From the IMG/VR virus record IMGVR_UViG_3300046318_000188, positions 1-64,000 of that record: 64,000 nucleotides of DNA; one strand, written 5' to 3'. Source of the stretch: a virus. The translations under genes and the position numbers were made by a program. Below, piece after piece: positions 43,177-50,488 of this stretch (its first letter is position 1; each line of letters opens with the position of its first letter). The notes beneath the pieces were generated by a model. That model was not told where the DNA came from. It searched no databases and worked only from the letters and a program-made list of their open reading frames with translations.

Positions 43177-44112
43177 GTGATGGAACAATTATTATGGGTC
43201 GAGAAGTATCGACCACAAAAAGTGGAAGATTGTATCCTACCGGATGCAATCAAATCCACCTTCATGGAATATGTTGCTAGAAAAGAAATACCGAATCTAC
43301 TATTATCAGGTACAGCGGGTGTTGGTAAGACAACGATTGCTAAAGCCCTCTGTAATGAAGTTGGTTGTGACTATATTGTTATCAACGGCTCTGATGAATC
43401 TGGTATTGATGTTCTCCGAAATAAAATTAAAAACTATGCTTCGTCAATCAGTCTTGCGGGCGGCCGCAAAGTTGTAATCATTGATGAAGCGGACTATCTA
43501 AATCCTAATTCCACACAACCAGCGTTGCGTGGTGCCATTGAGGAGTTCTCCTCAAACTGTTCTTTTATCTTTACTTGTAATTTTAAGAACCGTATTATCG
43601 ATCCAATTCACTCACGGTGTTCCGTCATTGACTTTAAAATCAATGGCAGTAAGGCAAAGATGGCTGCGGCTTTCTTTAAACGTGTTGAGTGGATTCTTGA
43701 ACAAGAAAATGTTCAATATGATAAAGAAGTCGTTGCTGCTGTTATCACAAAACACTTTCCTGATAATCGTAGAGTTCTTAATGAACTACAGCGTTATTCG
43801 GTTTCTGGTGTAATCGATAAAGGTATTCTAGCTAATGTTGCTGATGTTCAACTTGGTGACCTCATTTCCGCATTAAAAAATAAAGATTTTGCCTCAACTC
43901 GTAAATGGGTTACCTCAAACCTAGACAACGATCCAGTAAAGATTTATCGTAAACTCTATGACGGTCTTTATGAAATATTGAAACCACAATCAGTCCCACA
44001 ATTGGTTCTCATTCTTGCCAAGTATCAATATCAGGCTGCCTTTGTGGCGGATCATGAGATTAATATGGTTGCCTGTTTGACCGAGATTATGGTGGATTGT
44101 GAGTTCAAATAA
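43177..44112 (+). CDS. gp44: Clamp loader large subunit gp44
   Basis: LWVEKYRP; GTAGVGKTT; DEAD; SRC. Confidence 0.96.
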   Translation: MMEQLLWVEKYRPQKVEDCILPDAIKSTFMEYVARKEIPNLLLSGTAGVGKTTIAKALCNEVGCDYIVINGSDESGIDVLRNKIKNYASSISLAGGRKVVIIDEADYLNPNSTQPALRGAIEEFSSNCSFIFTCNFKNRIIDPIHSRCSVIDFKINGSKAKMAAAFFKRVEWILEQENVQYDKEVVAAVITKHFPDNRRVLNELQRYSVSGVIDKGILANVADVQLGDLISALKNKDFASTRKWVTSNLDNDPVKIYRKLYDGLYEILKPQSVPQLVLILAKYQYQAAFVADHEINMVACLTEIMVDCEFK

Positions 44113-44501
44113 TGCCGGATCTATTCAAAGAAATTGTACCTTCCATATTAGAAAAGAAAAAATCTGTCTTTCGTGACGAACTGGATTATAAGGATTACAA
44201 GCCCTTCCTTATCAACCGAGCCTTATCCTATCATATGGACTGTGTGTTATATGTCAATGAAATGAATATAAACAACAAGTTAGATGTGGATATGCAATAC
44301 CAATATCTTCTAAATACAATTAGGTCAATGAAACGGAAATTCCAACCGTGGCAGAAATCAGAGACCGATAAAGACATTGAGTGTGTGAAGCAGTATTTCG
44401 GTTATTCAAATGAAAAAGCCAAAGAAGCTCTGCGTATTCTTACTGATGAACAAGTCGCTGAAATAAAAGCAAAAATAACAAAAGGCGGAGTGAACAAGTA
44501 A
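44112..44501 (+). CDS. gp62: Clamp loader small subunit gp62
   Basis: PFLINRALSY; YFGYSNEKA. Confidence 0.92.
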   Translation: MPDLFKEIVPSILEKKKSVFRDELDYKDYKPFLINRALSYHMDCVLYVNEMNINNKLDVDMQYQYLLNTIRSMKRKFQPWQKSETDKDIECVKQYFGYSNEKAKEALRILTDEQVAEIKAKITKGGVNK

Positions 44502-44908
44502 TGATTTCAATTATTGATTTAGTTGAGGTTACATTAAACGAAAGAGATGATTTCTTAAAGGTCAGAGAAACGCTTACCCGTATTGGTGTTGCTTCCAAAA
44601 AAGACAGAATATTATACCAATCTTGCCATATTCTACATAAGCAAGGTTTATATTATATCGTACATTTCAAAGAACTATTTGCTTTAGATGGTAAACCTAC
44701 TGATATCTCCGAAAACGATTTATCTCGTAGAAATGCCATTGTGAAACTGTTGTCAGATTGGGGACTGGTAACGATTGTTAATAAGTCTAAGGTCGAAACA
44801 CCACCTCCTATCTTCCTATCACAGATTAAGATTCTTTCCCATAAAGAGAAACATGATTGGGAATTAATGCCAAAATATAATATTGGTAAAAAACCACAGT
44901 CCTATTGA
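44501..44908 (+). CDS. regA: Translational repressor RegA
   Basis: DFLKVRETLTRIG; QSCHILHKQG..IVHFKELF. Confidence 0.96.
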   Translation: MISIIDLVEVTLNERDDFLKVRETLTRIGVASKKDRILYQSCHILHKQGLYYIVHFKELFALDGKPTDISENDLSRRNAIVKLLSDWGLVTIVNKSKVETPPPIFLSQIKILSHKEKHDWELMPKYNIGKKPQSY

Positions 44909-44935
44909 CATTTCAGTAGGACTGTGTTATAAATA
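44906..44935 (+). promoter_or_regulatory. Overlapping sigma70-type and late promoter upstream of hsp20
   Basis: TTGACA-17-TATAAA; TATAAATA at 44928-44935. Confidence 0.6.
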
Positions 44936-45000
44936 TACTTGTAGTCGCCTAATGGGATTACATTTTTTGAAACTCGCTTAATACACAAGGAGAACTAAGC

Positions 45001-45456
45001 ATGAACACAACTATCAACGCATTATTTCCACAACTCAAAACTCTCAGCAAGTCTTTGGATCCATTCACCATCGGTTTCGATGATGTTTTGAGCCAGATTA
45101 ATGAACTCTCTGAATCCGTAACCAAGGCAGTTCCTGGTTTCCCTCCATACAATATCAAACAAGTTAAAGATAACAAATACGTTATCGAAATGGCAGTAGC
45201 TGGTTTTGCCAAAACTGATATTGAAGTAACTTTGGATGGTAACAAACTGGTTATCAAAGGTAACGCTTCAGAAGAAGAATTACCAGAAGATAATTACATT
45301 TTCAAAGGTATCGCAACTCGTAACTTTACTCGTCAATTCACATTGGCTGATAAGGTAGAGATTAAAGATGCCGAGATTGTAAATGGTATGTTAAAGGTTT
45401 GGTTGGAAAACTATGTTAAGGCACAAGATGCCGTCAAGAAAATTGCCATTAAGTAA
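45001..45456 (+). CDS. Small heat-shock protein (Hsp20/IbpA-like)
   Basis: PPYNI; IEMAVAGF; GIATRNFTRQFTLAD. Confidence 0.93.
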   Translation: MNTTINALFPQLKTLSKSLDPFTIGFDDVLSQINELSESVTKAVPGFPPYNIKQVKDNKYVIEMAVAGFAKTDIEVTLDGNKLVIKGNASEEELPEDNYIFKGIATRNFTRQFTLADKVEIKDAEIVNGMLKVWLENYVKAQDAVKKIAIK

Positions 45457-45515
45457 TTGGTAATATCAATGGGGGTTGGTTGACAACCCCCTTCTTTTGA
45501 GTTATACTTTATATT

Positions 45516-45746
45516 ATGAAAAAAAATCTAAGACCCGGTTATGTTGCTGGTAATACTGGCGACAAATCTATACTGAAAAAGGTTCGTTCCAAAACGAATT
45601 CTGACATCTATTACACCTATTCAAATTGGGCAACCAACGAGATTGAAGGAATAACTTTTATTCCTGTGGTTAAAGAAGTACCCAATCAAACCAAAAATCA
45701 AGTAATTTTTTATATGCGTAAAGATAATGTGGAGTATGTGAAATGA
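45516..45746 (+). CDS. Hypothetical protein
   Basis: ORF behind TTGACA-17-TATACT promoter (45480-45508). Confidence 0.55.
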   Translation: MKKNLRPGYVAGNTGDKSILKKVRSKTNSDIYYTYSNWATNEIEGITFIPVVKEVPNQTKNQVIFYMRKDNVEYVK

Positions 45747-45949
45747 ATAGATTAGAAACCTGGAATTTAAATCAACGCCGTTATTTCGAACCTAGTAGTA
45801 AAGATGATTTAAAAATGTTTCGTAAATATCTACACTCATTAAGTTGGGGTGATGGTGGTTGTCCCTTTTATTTGGAATGGCCATATTTGGATGTTCCATC
45901 AATGTTGAAAGATAAGATTACCAACTATACACTTAAAGGTGTAAAATGA
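45743..45949 (+). CDS. Hypothetical protein
   Basis: ATGA coupling; CPFYLEWPY. Confidence 0.55.
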   Translation: MNRLETWNLNQRRYFEPSSKDDLKMFRKYLHSLSWGDGGCPFYLEWPYLDVPSMLKDKITNYTLKGVK

Positions 45950-46219
45950 ATTGGTTAAAACATTCTGGTTGTAACATTACTTTGAAATTAAATCCATTCC
46001 ATTGGAGATTTCATTGTGCTTATAATCAAACCAATGAAGCGTGGGAACAAGACGCTTTAGTATTAGAATTATTTCCTATTACCATTAGAGTATGGATTGA
46101 TGACGGAAGTTGGTAATCAATTTTATTGATAACTCAAATCAAAATATATCATAATTTAAATAATGAGTTTTTACAGTTTTTCATAATAGATACTACTATG
46201 ATTAACTTTTGGAGGATGT

Positions 46220-46669
46220 ATGAGTATTACAATTAAAAATCTTGAGGGTGCATTGGCTGGCGAATCCATGGCTCACATCAAGTATCGTTATTTCGCTAAG
46301 ATTGCTCGTGAAGAAGGATTTGAAGATGTTGCAAAACACTTTGAACATACAGCAGAACAAGAGATTCTCCATGCATGGGGACATCTTGAACTTTTAATTG
46401 GTAAACCTTCCACTAAAGAATGTTTAGAAAAAGCCATTGAAGGTGAAACATATGAATTTACCACAATGTATCCTGATTTTGAAAAAGAAGCAATCTTTGA
46501 AGGCAACAATGAAGCAGCTGCTGAAGCTCGTTTACAGGCAGAAGAATCAAAAGAACATGCTGAACAATTTATTCAAGTGTTACGAAAAGCCGAAAAACGA
46601 TTCAAAGCATTAAAAGGTGTTGAAGAACGCCATGCAAATGCCTATAAAAAAGTATTGGAGAACCTATAA
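46220..46669 (+). CDS. rbr: Rubrerythrin (ferritin-like di-iron domain)
   Basis: NLEGALAGESMAHIKYRYFA; EILHA; GETYEFTTMYP; ESKEHA. Confidence 0.92.
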   Translation: MSITIKNLEGALAGESMAHIKYRYFAKIAREEGFEDVAKHFEHTAEQEILHAWGHLELLIGKPSTKECLEKAIEGETYEFTTMYPDFEKEAIFEGNNEAAAEARLQAEESKEHAEQFIQVLRKAEKRFKALKGVEERHANAYKKVLENL

Positions 46670-46803
46670 TGGAACAAAGACACGTTTGTATTGTATGTGG
46701 TCATGTCCACGATGAAAAGACTGAAGGTAAATGGGAAGATTTACCAGACAATTTTGAGTGTCCTGAATGTGGTGTAAGTAAAGAAGATTACGTTACTGAA
46801 TGA
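46669..46803 (+). CDS. Rubredoxin (44 aa, not in ORF track)
   Basis: MEQRHVCIVCGHVHDE..WEDLPDNFECPECGVSKEDY: two CxxC; TAATG coupling. Confidence 0.9.
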   Translation: MEQRHVCIVCGHVHDEKTEGKWEDLPDNFECPECGVSKEDYVTE

Positions 46804-47399
46804 TACCAAGAAAGTTAACTCCTTTCGACAAAGATAAACTCATTGACCACTTTATGCTTGATATTGTGGAAAATGATAGACGTTTGAGATTTGGTTATGA
46901 AGCACCAAATGATGCAGTCAAAAAATATATTGACGATTCACTACAAAATTATGGATATGTCAATATGTGGTTTGTTGTAGAAATTGATTCTTTTGACCGA
47001 TTTGATGGCAAAAAAATTATTGCTACTTGTCATGTGGCTATGAATAGAGAAACGAACACCGCCGAAATGGGTTGCACGGTTTCGCCTCAGTACCGTAACC
47101 AGAAACTGGGGCAAGAATTATTTAATCGTGGAATTACTTGGGCTAGAATGGCAGGTGCAGAAAATGTATTCATGCATTGCCTTTCTGAAAATAGAGCAAT
47201 TCAACATATCGCCAAGAAAGGTGGTATGACAGTTGTTACTATTGACCCATCTGAAAAAGAGTCCACGATTCAGATTAGACAGAATCGTTATGAAGCTGGT
47301 TTTAAAGATATGGTTATGGACCAGATTGCTGTTTATGACGCAGCAATCCGTCAACAGACATTCTTTGCTAAGAAGTTCTTGAAAGGTTTGGTAAAGTGA
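46800..47399 (+). CDS. GNAT-family acetyltransferase
   Basis: AEMGCTVSPQYRNQKLGQEL; ENRAIQHIAKK. Confidence 0.8.
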   Translation: MIPRKLTPFDKDKLIDHFMLDIVENDRRLRFGYEAPNDAVKKYIDDSLQNYGYVNMWFVVEIDSFDRFDGKKIIATCHVAMNRETNTAEMGCTVSPQYRNQKLGQELFNRGITWARMAGAENVFMHCLSENRAIQHIAKKGGMTVVTIDPSEKESTIQIRQNRYEAGFKDMVMDQIAVYDAAIRQQTFFAKKFLKGLVK

Positions 47400-47842
47400 A
47401 AGTAAAATTTATTCCAATGTATATGGAGATTGCTGGCATTATCGCCAAACAATCTTCAGCCAAAAGATTACAGGTTGGTGCGATTGTCGTAAAAGAAGAT
47501 AGAGTAATCTCCATCGGTTATAATGGTATGCCTGCTGGTTGGACCAATGAATGTGAAGAAGTGGTAGAAGTTCATGAAGATGGTGGAATCGTCACCAAAA
47601 CCAAACCAGAGGTCATTCACGCAGAGGCTAATGCCATCGCTAAACTGGCCAAAGGCAATGAATCTGGAGATGGTTCCACGATGTTCCTGACCCACGCTCC
47701 ATGCCTAGACTGCGCTAAACAAATTTATACCGCCGGCATCAAAACGGTATATTTTAAAGATTATTATAAGAATGTTGATGGAATACAGTTCCTAGAACGG
47801 TGCCATGTAAAAATCAAGAGAATTTCACCTGGTGAAATCTAG
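47396..47842 (+). CDS. dCMP deaminase-family protein
   Basis: GYNG; HAEANA; PCLDC. Confidence 0.9.
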   Translation: MKVKFIPMYMEIAGIIAKQSSAKRLQVGAIVVKEDRVISIGYNGMPAGWTNECEEVVEVHEDGGIVTKTKPEVIHAEANAIAKLAKGNESGDGSTMFLTHAPCLDCAKQIYTAGIKTVYFKDYYKNVDGIQFLERCHVKIKRISPGEI

Positions 47843-47922
47843 GTGCTTGATAAATATTGGTAAGTGTGATATAATTTAATTCGAAATGTGCTTATTGGGT
47901 CAACTTATTAAGGAGAGACCTA

Positions 47923-48420
47923 ATGCAGTTAAGTATAGTCGGTTGTCCCGATAAAAAACATTTCCGCCCGTTTGTAAAAAGGGCTGCCTTATTTTACGCT
48001 TCCGAATTGATTAAACCTAAGATGTTAGAAAACATCTTTTTGAGAATTAAATTTAGTTCTAAGATTGAAGCTCATGGATATGCCTCTGTGATAGAGTTCA
48101 GTAGAAGTAATAAACCAAGACAGTTTGAAATTGAATTACATCCTGGTATCGGCGCAGCAGAAATATTAAAAACACTCAGTCATGAAATGGTGCATATTAA
48201 GCAATACATTTATGGTGATGTTAATTTAAATCTGACCAGATGGAAAGGCAGTAAAGTTTTAGAACCTGATTATTGGGTTCAACCATGGGAAATAGAAGCC
48301 TATGGTATGCAAGCAGGACTATTTACAAAGTTTGCAGTAAAAGAAAAATTATGGAATATATTTGATGATATGTGTGATCCTGATAGTCCGATAGAAATGA
48401 AACCATTAGGTTGGAAATAA
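47923..48420 (+). CDS. HExxH putative metallopeptidase
   Basis: TLSHEMVHIKQY...QPWEIEAY. Confidence 0.7.
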   Translation: MQLSIVGCPDKKHFRPFVKRAALFYASELIKPKMLENIFLRIKFSSKIEAHGYASVIEFSRSNKPRQFEIELHPGIGAAEILKTLSHEMVHIKQYIYGDVNLNLTRWKGSKVLEPDYWVQPWEIEAYGMQAGLFTKFAVKEKLWNIFDDMCDPDSPIEMKPLGWK

Positions 48421-48421
48421 A

Positions 48422-48443
48422 TGTTGCTAAAAAGCAACAGTAT
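48422..48443. promoter_or_regulatory. Operator-like palindrome TGTTG-N8-CAACA(GTAT), copy 1
   Basis: Same motif recurs at 49233-49254, each upstream of a promoter. Confidence 0.5.
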
Positions 48444-48465
48444 TTGGTAAATAATTACAAAGTTG

Positions 48466-48494
48466 TTGACAATTGAGCATATATACTATATCAT
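48466..48494 (+). promoter_or_regulatory. Sigma70-type promoter P1 of tRNA locus
   Basis: TTGACA-17-TATCAT. Confidence 0.75.
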
Positions 48495-48531
48495 ACACAG
48501 TATTGAATAAATTAATTAAGAAAGAAATAAA

Positions 48532-48633
48532 ATGTTGTTTGTAACGAAACCTTTATCCATGCAGTCAGAGTATCGCACACCGAGCAATTGGCCAGCGATT
48601 GGCTTTGACCATGCCTCAGGGGTTCGTGTATAG
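48532..48633 (+). CDS. Putative attenuator leader peptide (33 aa) MLFVTKPLSMQSEYRTPSNWPAIGFDHASGVRV
   Basis: ORF between promoter and terminator; 3' codons complementary to terminator 5' arm. Confidence 0.7.
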   Translation: MLFVTKPLSMQSEYRTPSNWPAIGFDHASGVRV

Positions 48634-48666
48634 AACAAAAGTAATTTCCTTTCACACACGAACCCT
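48619..48666 (+). promoter_or_regulatory. Antiterminator helix
   Basis: GGGTTCGTGT (48620-29) is the perfect complement of ACACGAACCC (48656-65), which overlaps the terminator stem. Confidence 0.75.
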
Positions 48667-48694
48667 AGTCTAAACAACTAGGGTTTTTTGTTTT
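48661..48694 (+). terminator. Intrinsic terminator (attenuator) upstream of tRNA array
   Basis: AACCCTAGT-ctaaaca-ACTAGGGTT then TTTTGTTTT. Confidence 0.85.
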
Positions 48695-48705
48695 CCAGTT
48701 TCAAA

Positions 48706-48761
48706 TTACTAGACACTAAAATTTCAGTCTAGTAACGCTCTCTAAAAATTTAAGTAGTAAC
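48706..48761 (+). promoter_or_regulatory. Hairpin + boxA-like element (rrn-type antitermination signal)
   Basis: TTACTAGAC/GTCTAGTAA stem, then CGCTCTCTAAAAA-TTTAAGTAGTAAC. Confidence 0.55.
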
Positions 48762-48764
48762 TAT

Positions 48765-48838
48765 TGAGATATAGTGTAACGGTAGCACCACGCACTTTGA
48801 CTGCGTTAGCATAGGTTCAAATCCTATTATCTCTACCA
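48765..48838 (+). tRNA. tRNA-Gln(TTG)
   Basis: Cloverleaf, ACGCA-CT-TTG-AC-TGCGT, CCA. Confidence 0.9.
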
Positions 48839-48840
48839 AT

Positions 48841-48934
48841 GGAAGGTAATGCAGCGGGGATGGTCCTGCGACTGGCCTTGAAAACCAGGTTCTGCCTAAA
48901 AGCGGATGGGGTTCGACTCCTCTGCCTTCCGCCA
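48841..48934 (+). tRNA. tRNA-Ser(TGA), probable 8/4 fold
   Basis: Long variable arm, G73, CCA. Confidence 0.85.
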
Positions 48935-49057
48935 TATTGAAGCATACTGCGGTGGTGTTACATATTATATCTAGTCAATATAATATGCCTATGCTAAGAG
49001 TATGATTAAATGTTCCGACAGCCTTAGACTAAGGTTCATTAGTGTGCTTCAATATGG
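48932..49057 (+). ncRNA. Long-stem RNA cassette 1
   Basis: CCATATTGAAGCATACT / AGTGTGCTTCAATATGG terminal stem. Confidence 0.65.
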
Positions 49058-49063
49058 TTTATT

Positions 49064-49150
49064 GGAAGATGTGTTGCAAGGTGCGACCGAAGTTTGCTAA
49101 ACTTCCGTTCAGAAATGGGCTGATAGGTTCGATTCCTATATCTTCCGCCA
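49064..49150 (+). tRNA. tRNA-Ser(GCT)
   Basis: Long variable arm, G73, CCA. Confidence 0.88.
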
Positions 49151-49152
49151 AT

Positions 49153-49227
49153 GGTGGTGTGACCGAATGGTGAGGTGACAGTCTGCAAAACTGGTCCAAG
49201 TAGGTTCGATTCCTATCACCACCTCCA
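49153..49227 (+). tRNA. tRNA-Cys(GCA)
   Basis: Cloverleaf, U73, CCA. Confidence 0.9.
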
Positions 49228-49232
49228 GTATG

Positions 49233-49335
49233 TGTTGTACCAAAACAACAGTATCAAAAATAGTTCTTGTGGTATTTTTTGGTTCGTGTATAATAGTTGT
49301 TCTGTTGTAAAGTTCTTTAAAAATTAAGTAGTAAC
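49233..49335 (+). promoter_or_regulatory. Promoter P2: palindrome copy 2, TTGTGG-16-TATAAT, boxA-like
   Basis: TGTTG-N8-CAACAGTAT; TATAAT 49289-94; AGTTCTTTAAAAATTAAGTAGTAAC 49311-35. Confidence 0.6.
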
Positions 49336-49338
49336 AAT

Positions 49339-49413
49339 ACACCGTTCGTCTATCGGTTAGGACCCAAGGTTTTCAACCTTGTAAGAGGAGTTCAACTCTC
49401 CTACGGTGTACCA
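49339..49413 (+). tRNA. tRNA-Glu(TTC)
   Basis: CAAGG-TT-TTC-AA-CCTTG, CCA. Confidence 0.9.
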
Positions 49414-49527
49414 TATTGAAGCACATTTAAACCTTAACAGGTCGGTATTGGTAAGCCAAAACCTCTATTAGTAAGTTCGAGAATTTATTAGTAAGTTTAT
49501 TTCACCTTAATGTGTTTCAATATGGTA
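49409..49527 (+). ncRNA. Long-stem RNA cassette 2
   Basis: TACCATATTGAAGCACATT / AATGTGTTTCAATATGGTA. Confidence 0.65.
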
Positions 49528-49674
49528 AGTAATGGCAAAAAATATAATATTGTTCTTTTTAATCTTGCTAATATCGCGGTTAGTGGGTGACATAAGAAAA
49601 ATGTTAAACAAGTATGCGACCTAGAAGCGGGTGGACAAACGTGACTGTGGGCCACCAAGGTAGTCAACATTACA

Positions 49675-49753
49675 TACTATATTGAAACATATTAGATCAG
49701 TGACCGTTCCGACAGGTGCGGCGACATTAAAGTGAGTGTGTTTCAATATGGTA
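49675..49753 (+). ncRNA. Long-stem RNA cassette 3
   Basis: TACTATATTGAAACATATT / AGTGTGTTTCAATATGGTA (3 G.U pairs). Confidence 0.65.
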
Positions 49754-49754
49754 A

Positions 49755-49873
49755 TATCTGAAGCATAGCAAGTGATGCTAGAGGTAGGGGTAAGCATTGA
49801 ACTCGAGATAGGTGCTTATGAGTAACTCGACCGGTCTCACCCGGTGAAGCGTATTGCAACCATACGCCAGATA
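49755..49873 (+). ncRNA. Multi-hairpin structured RNA candidate
   Basis: TATCTG/CAGATA closing stem around five hairpins. Confidence 0.5.
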
Positions 49874-49874
49874 C

Positions 49875-49949
49875 ACCATATTAAAACACACTTCAGGCGG
49901 GGAGGCTCCGCTCCAAATATCAAAGTGAGGTAGTGTGTTTCAATATGGT
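49875..49949 (+). ncRNA. Long-stem RNA cassette 4
   Basis: ACCATATTAAAACACACT / AGTGTGTTTCAATATGGT. Confidence 0.65.
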
Positions 49950-50009
49950 ATGACTCTGCTGGGTATGAATCAGATTCTCCGGCGGGTAAGTTACTACCAT
50001 ATCAAATTT

Positions 50010-50084
50010 GGTTCGTTCATATAACGGTAATTATGCTGGACTGTCTATCCGGATACAGGAGTTCGATTCTCCTACGAACCGCCA
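50010..50084 (+). tRNA. tRNA-Asp(GTC)
   Basis: Cloverleaf, G73, CCA. Confidence 0.9.
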
Positions 50085-50092
50085 AGTTTTAT

Positions 50093-50170
50093 TGTCCGAG
50101 AGCAAGCAAGGTGTAGGCGCCTGACTGTTAATCAGGAATGAGTGAGGTTCGATTCCTCATCGGACAGCCA
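50093..50170 (+). tRNA. tRNA-Asn(GTT)
   Basis: CCTGA-CT-GTT-AA-TCAGG, CCA. Confidence 0.88.
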
Positions 50171-50179
50171 AGTTTCAAT

Positions 50180-50261
50180 GGTGTGGATGCTCTAATGGTA
50201 GGGCAGCGGGCTGTAAACCCGTGGCTTCGGCAAGTAGGTTCGATCCCTACCCACATCACCA
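50180..50261 (+). tRNA. tRNA-Tyr(GTA)
   Basis: Variable arm, CCA. Confidence 0.9.
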
Positions 50262-50269
50262 AGTTTTAT

Positions 50270-50347
50270 CTCAGTATAGGCTAGCCTGGTCAAGTCACTC
50301 CGTTTGGGGCGGAGAGTGCGTAAGTTCGAATCTTACTACTGAGACCA
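50270..50347 (+). tRNA. tRNA-Pro(TGG)
   Basis: CTCCG-TT-TGG-GG-CGGAG, CCA. Confidence 0.9.
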
Positions 50348-50488
50348 TATTGTAGTTGTAACGATATTACTACGTTGCTAGAAGCGTAGTCTGACGGCTG
50401 GTTAAGGATACACGGTGTCCACGGAATAAGGGAACCAGAATTTCGAGTGCTGACAGGTAAGCTGTCATCTTTTTAAAGGAGAAGTAAA

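Noticed and set aside
48605-48634. Promoter inside the leader ORF (TTGACC-18-TATAGA; GGTTCGTGTATA also occurs at 49281)
   Set aside because: The -10 lacks its conserved final T and would fire straight into the terminator; the antiterminator pairing explains the sequence better, though this is not fully excluded.
48841-48934. Selenocysteine tRNA (GGAAG start, 8-bp acceptor, long arm)
   Set aside because: The anticodon is TGA (reads UCA, Ser), not TCA, and the T-stem is 4 bp.
48932-49950. CRISPR array (GTTTCAAT / ATTGAAAC resemble CRISPR repeat ends)
   Set aside because: The motifs are inverted arms of long stems at irregular spacing, not direct repeats with uniform spacers; no cas genes in the window.
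50388-50445. Hammerhead ribozyme
   Set aside because: Has CTGACGG rather than CUGANGA, and no correctly placed GAAA core.
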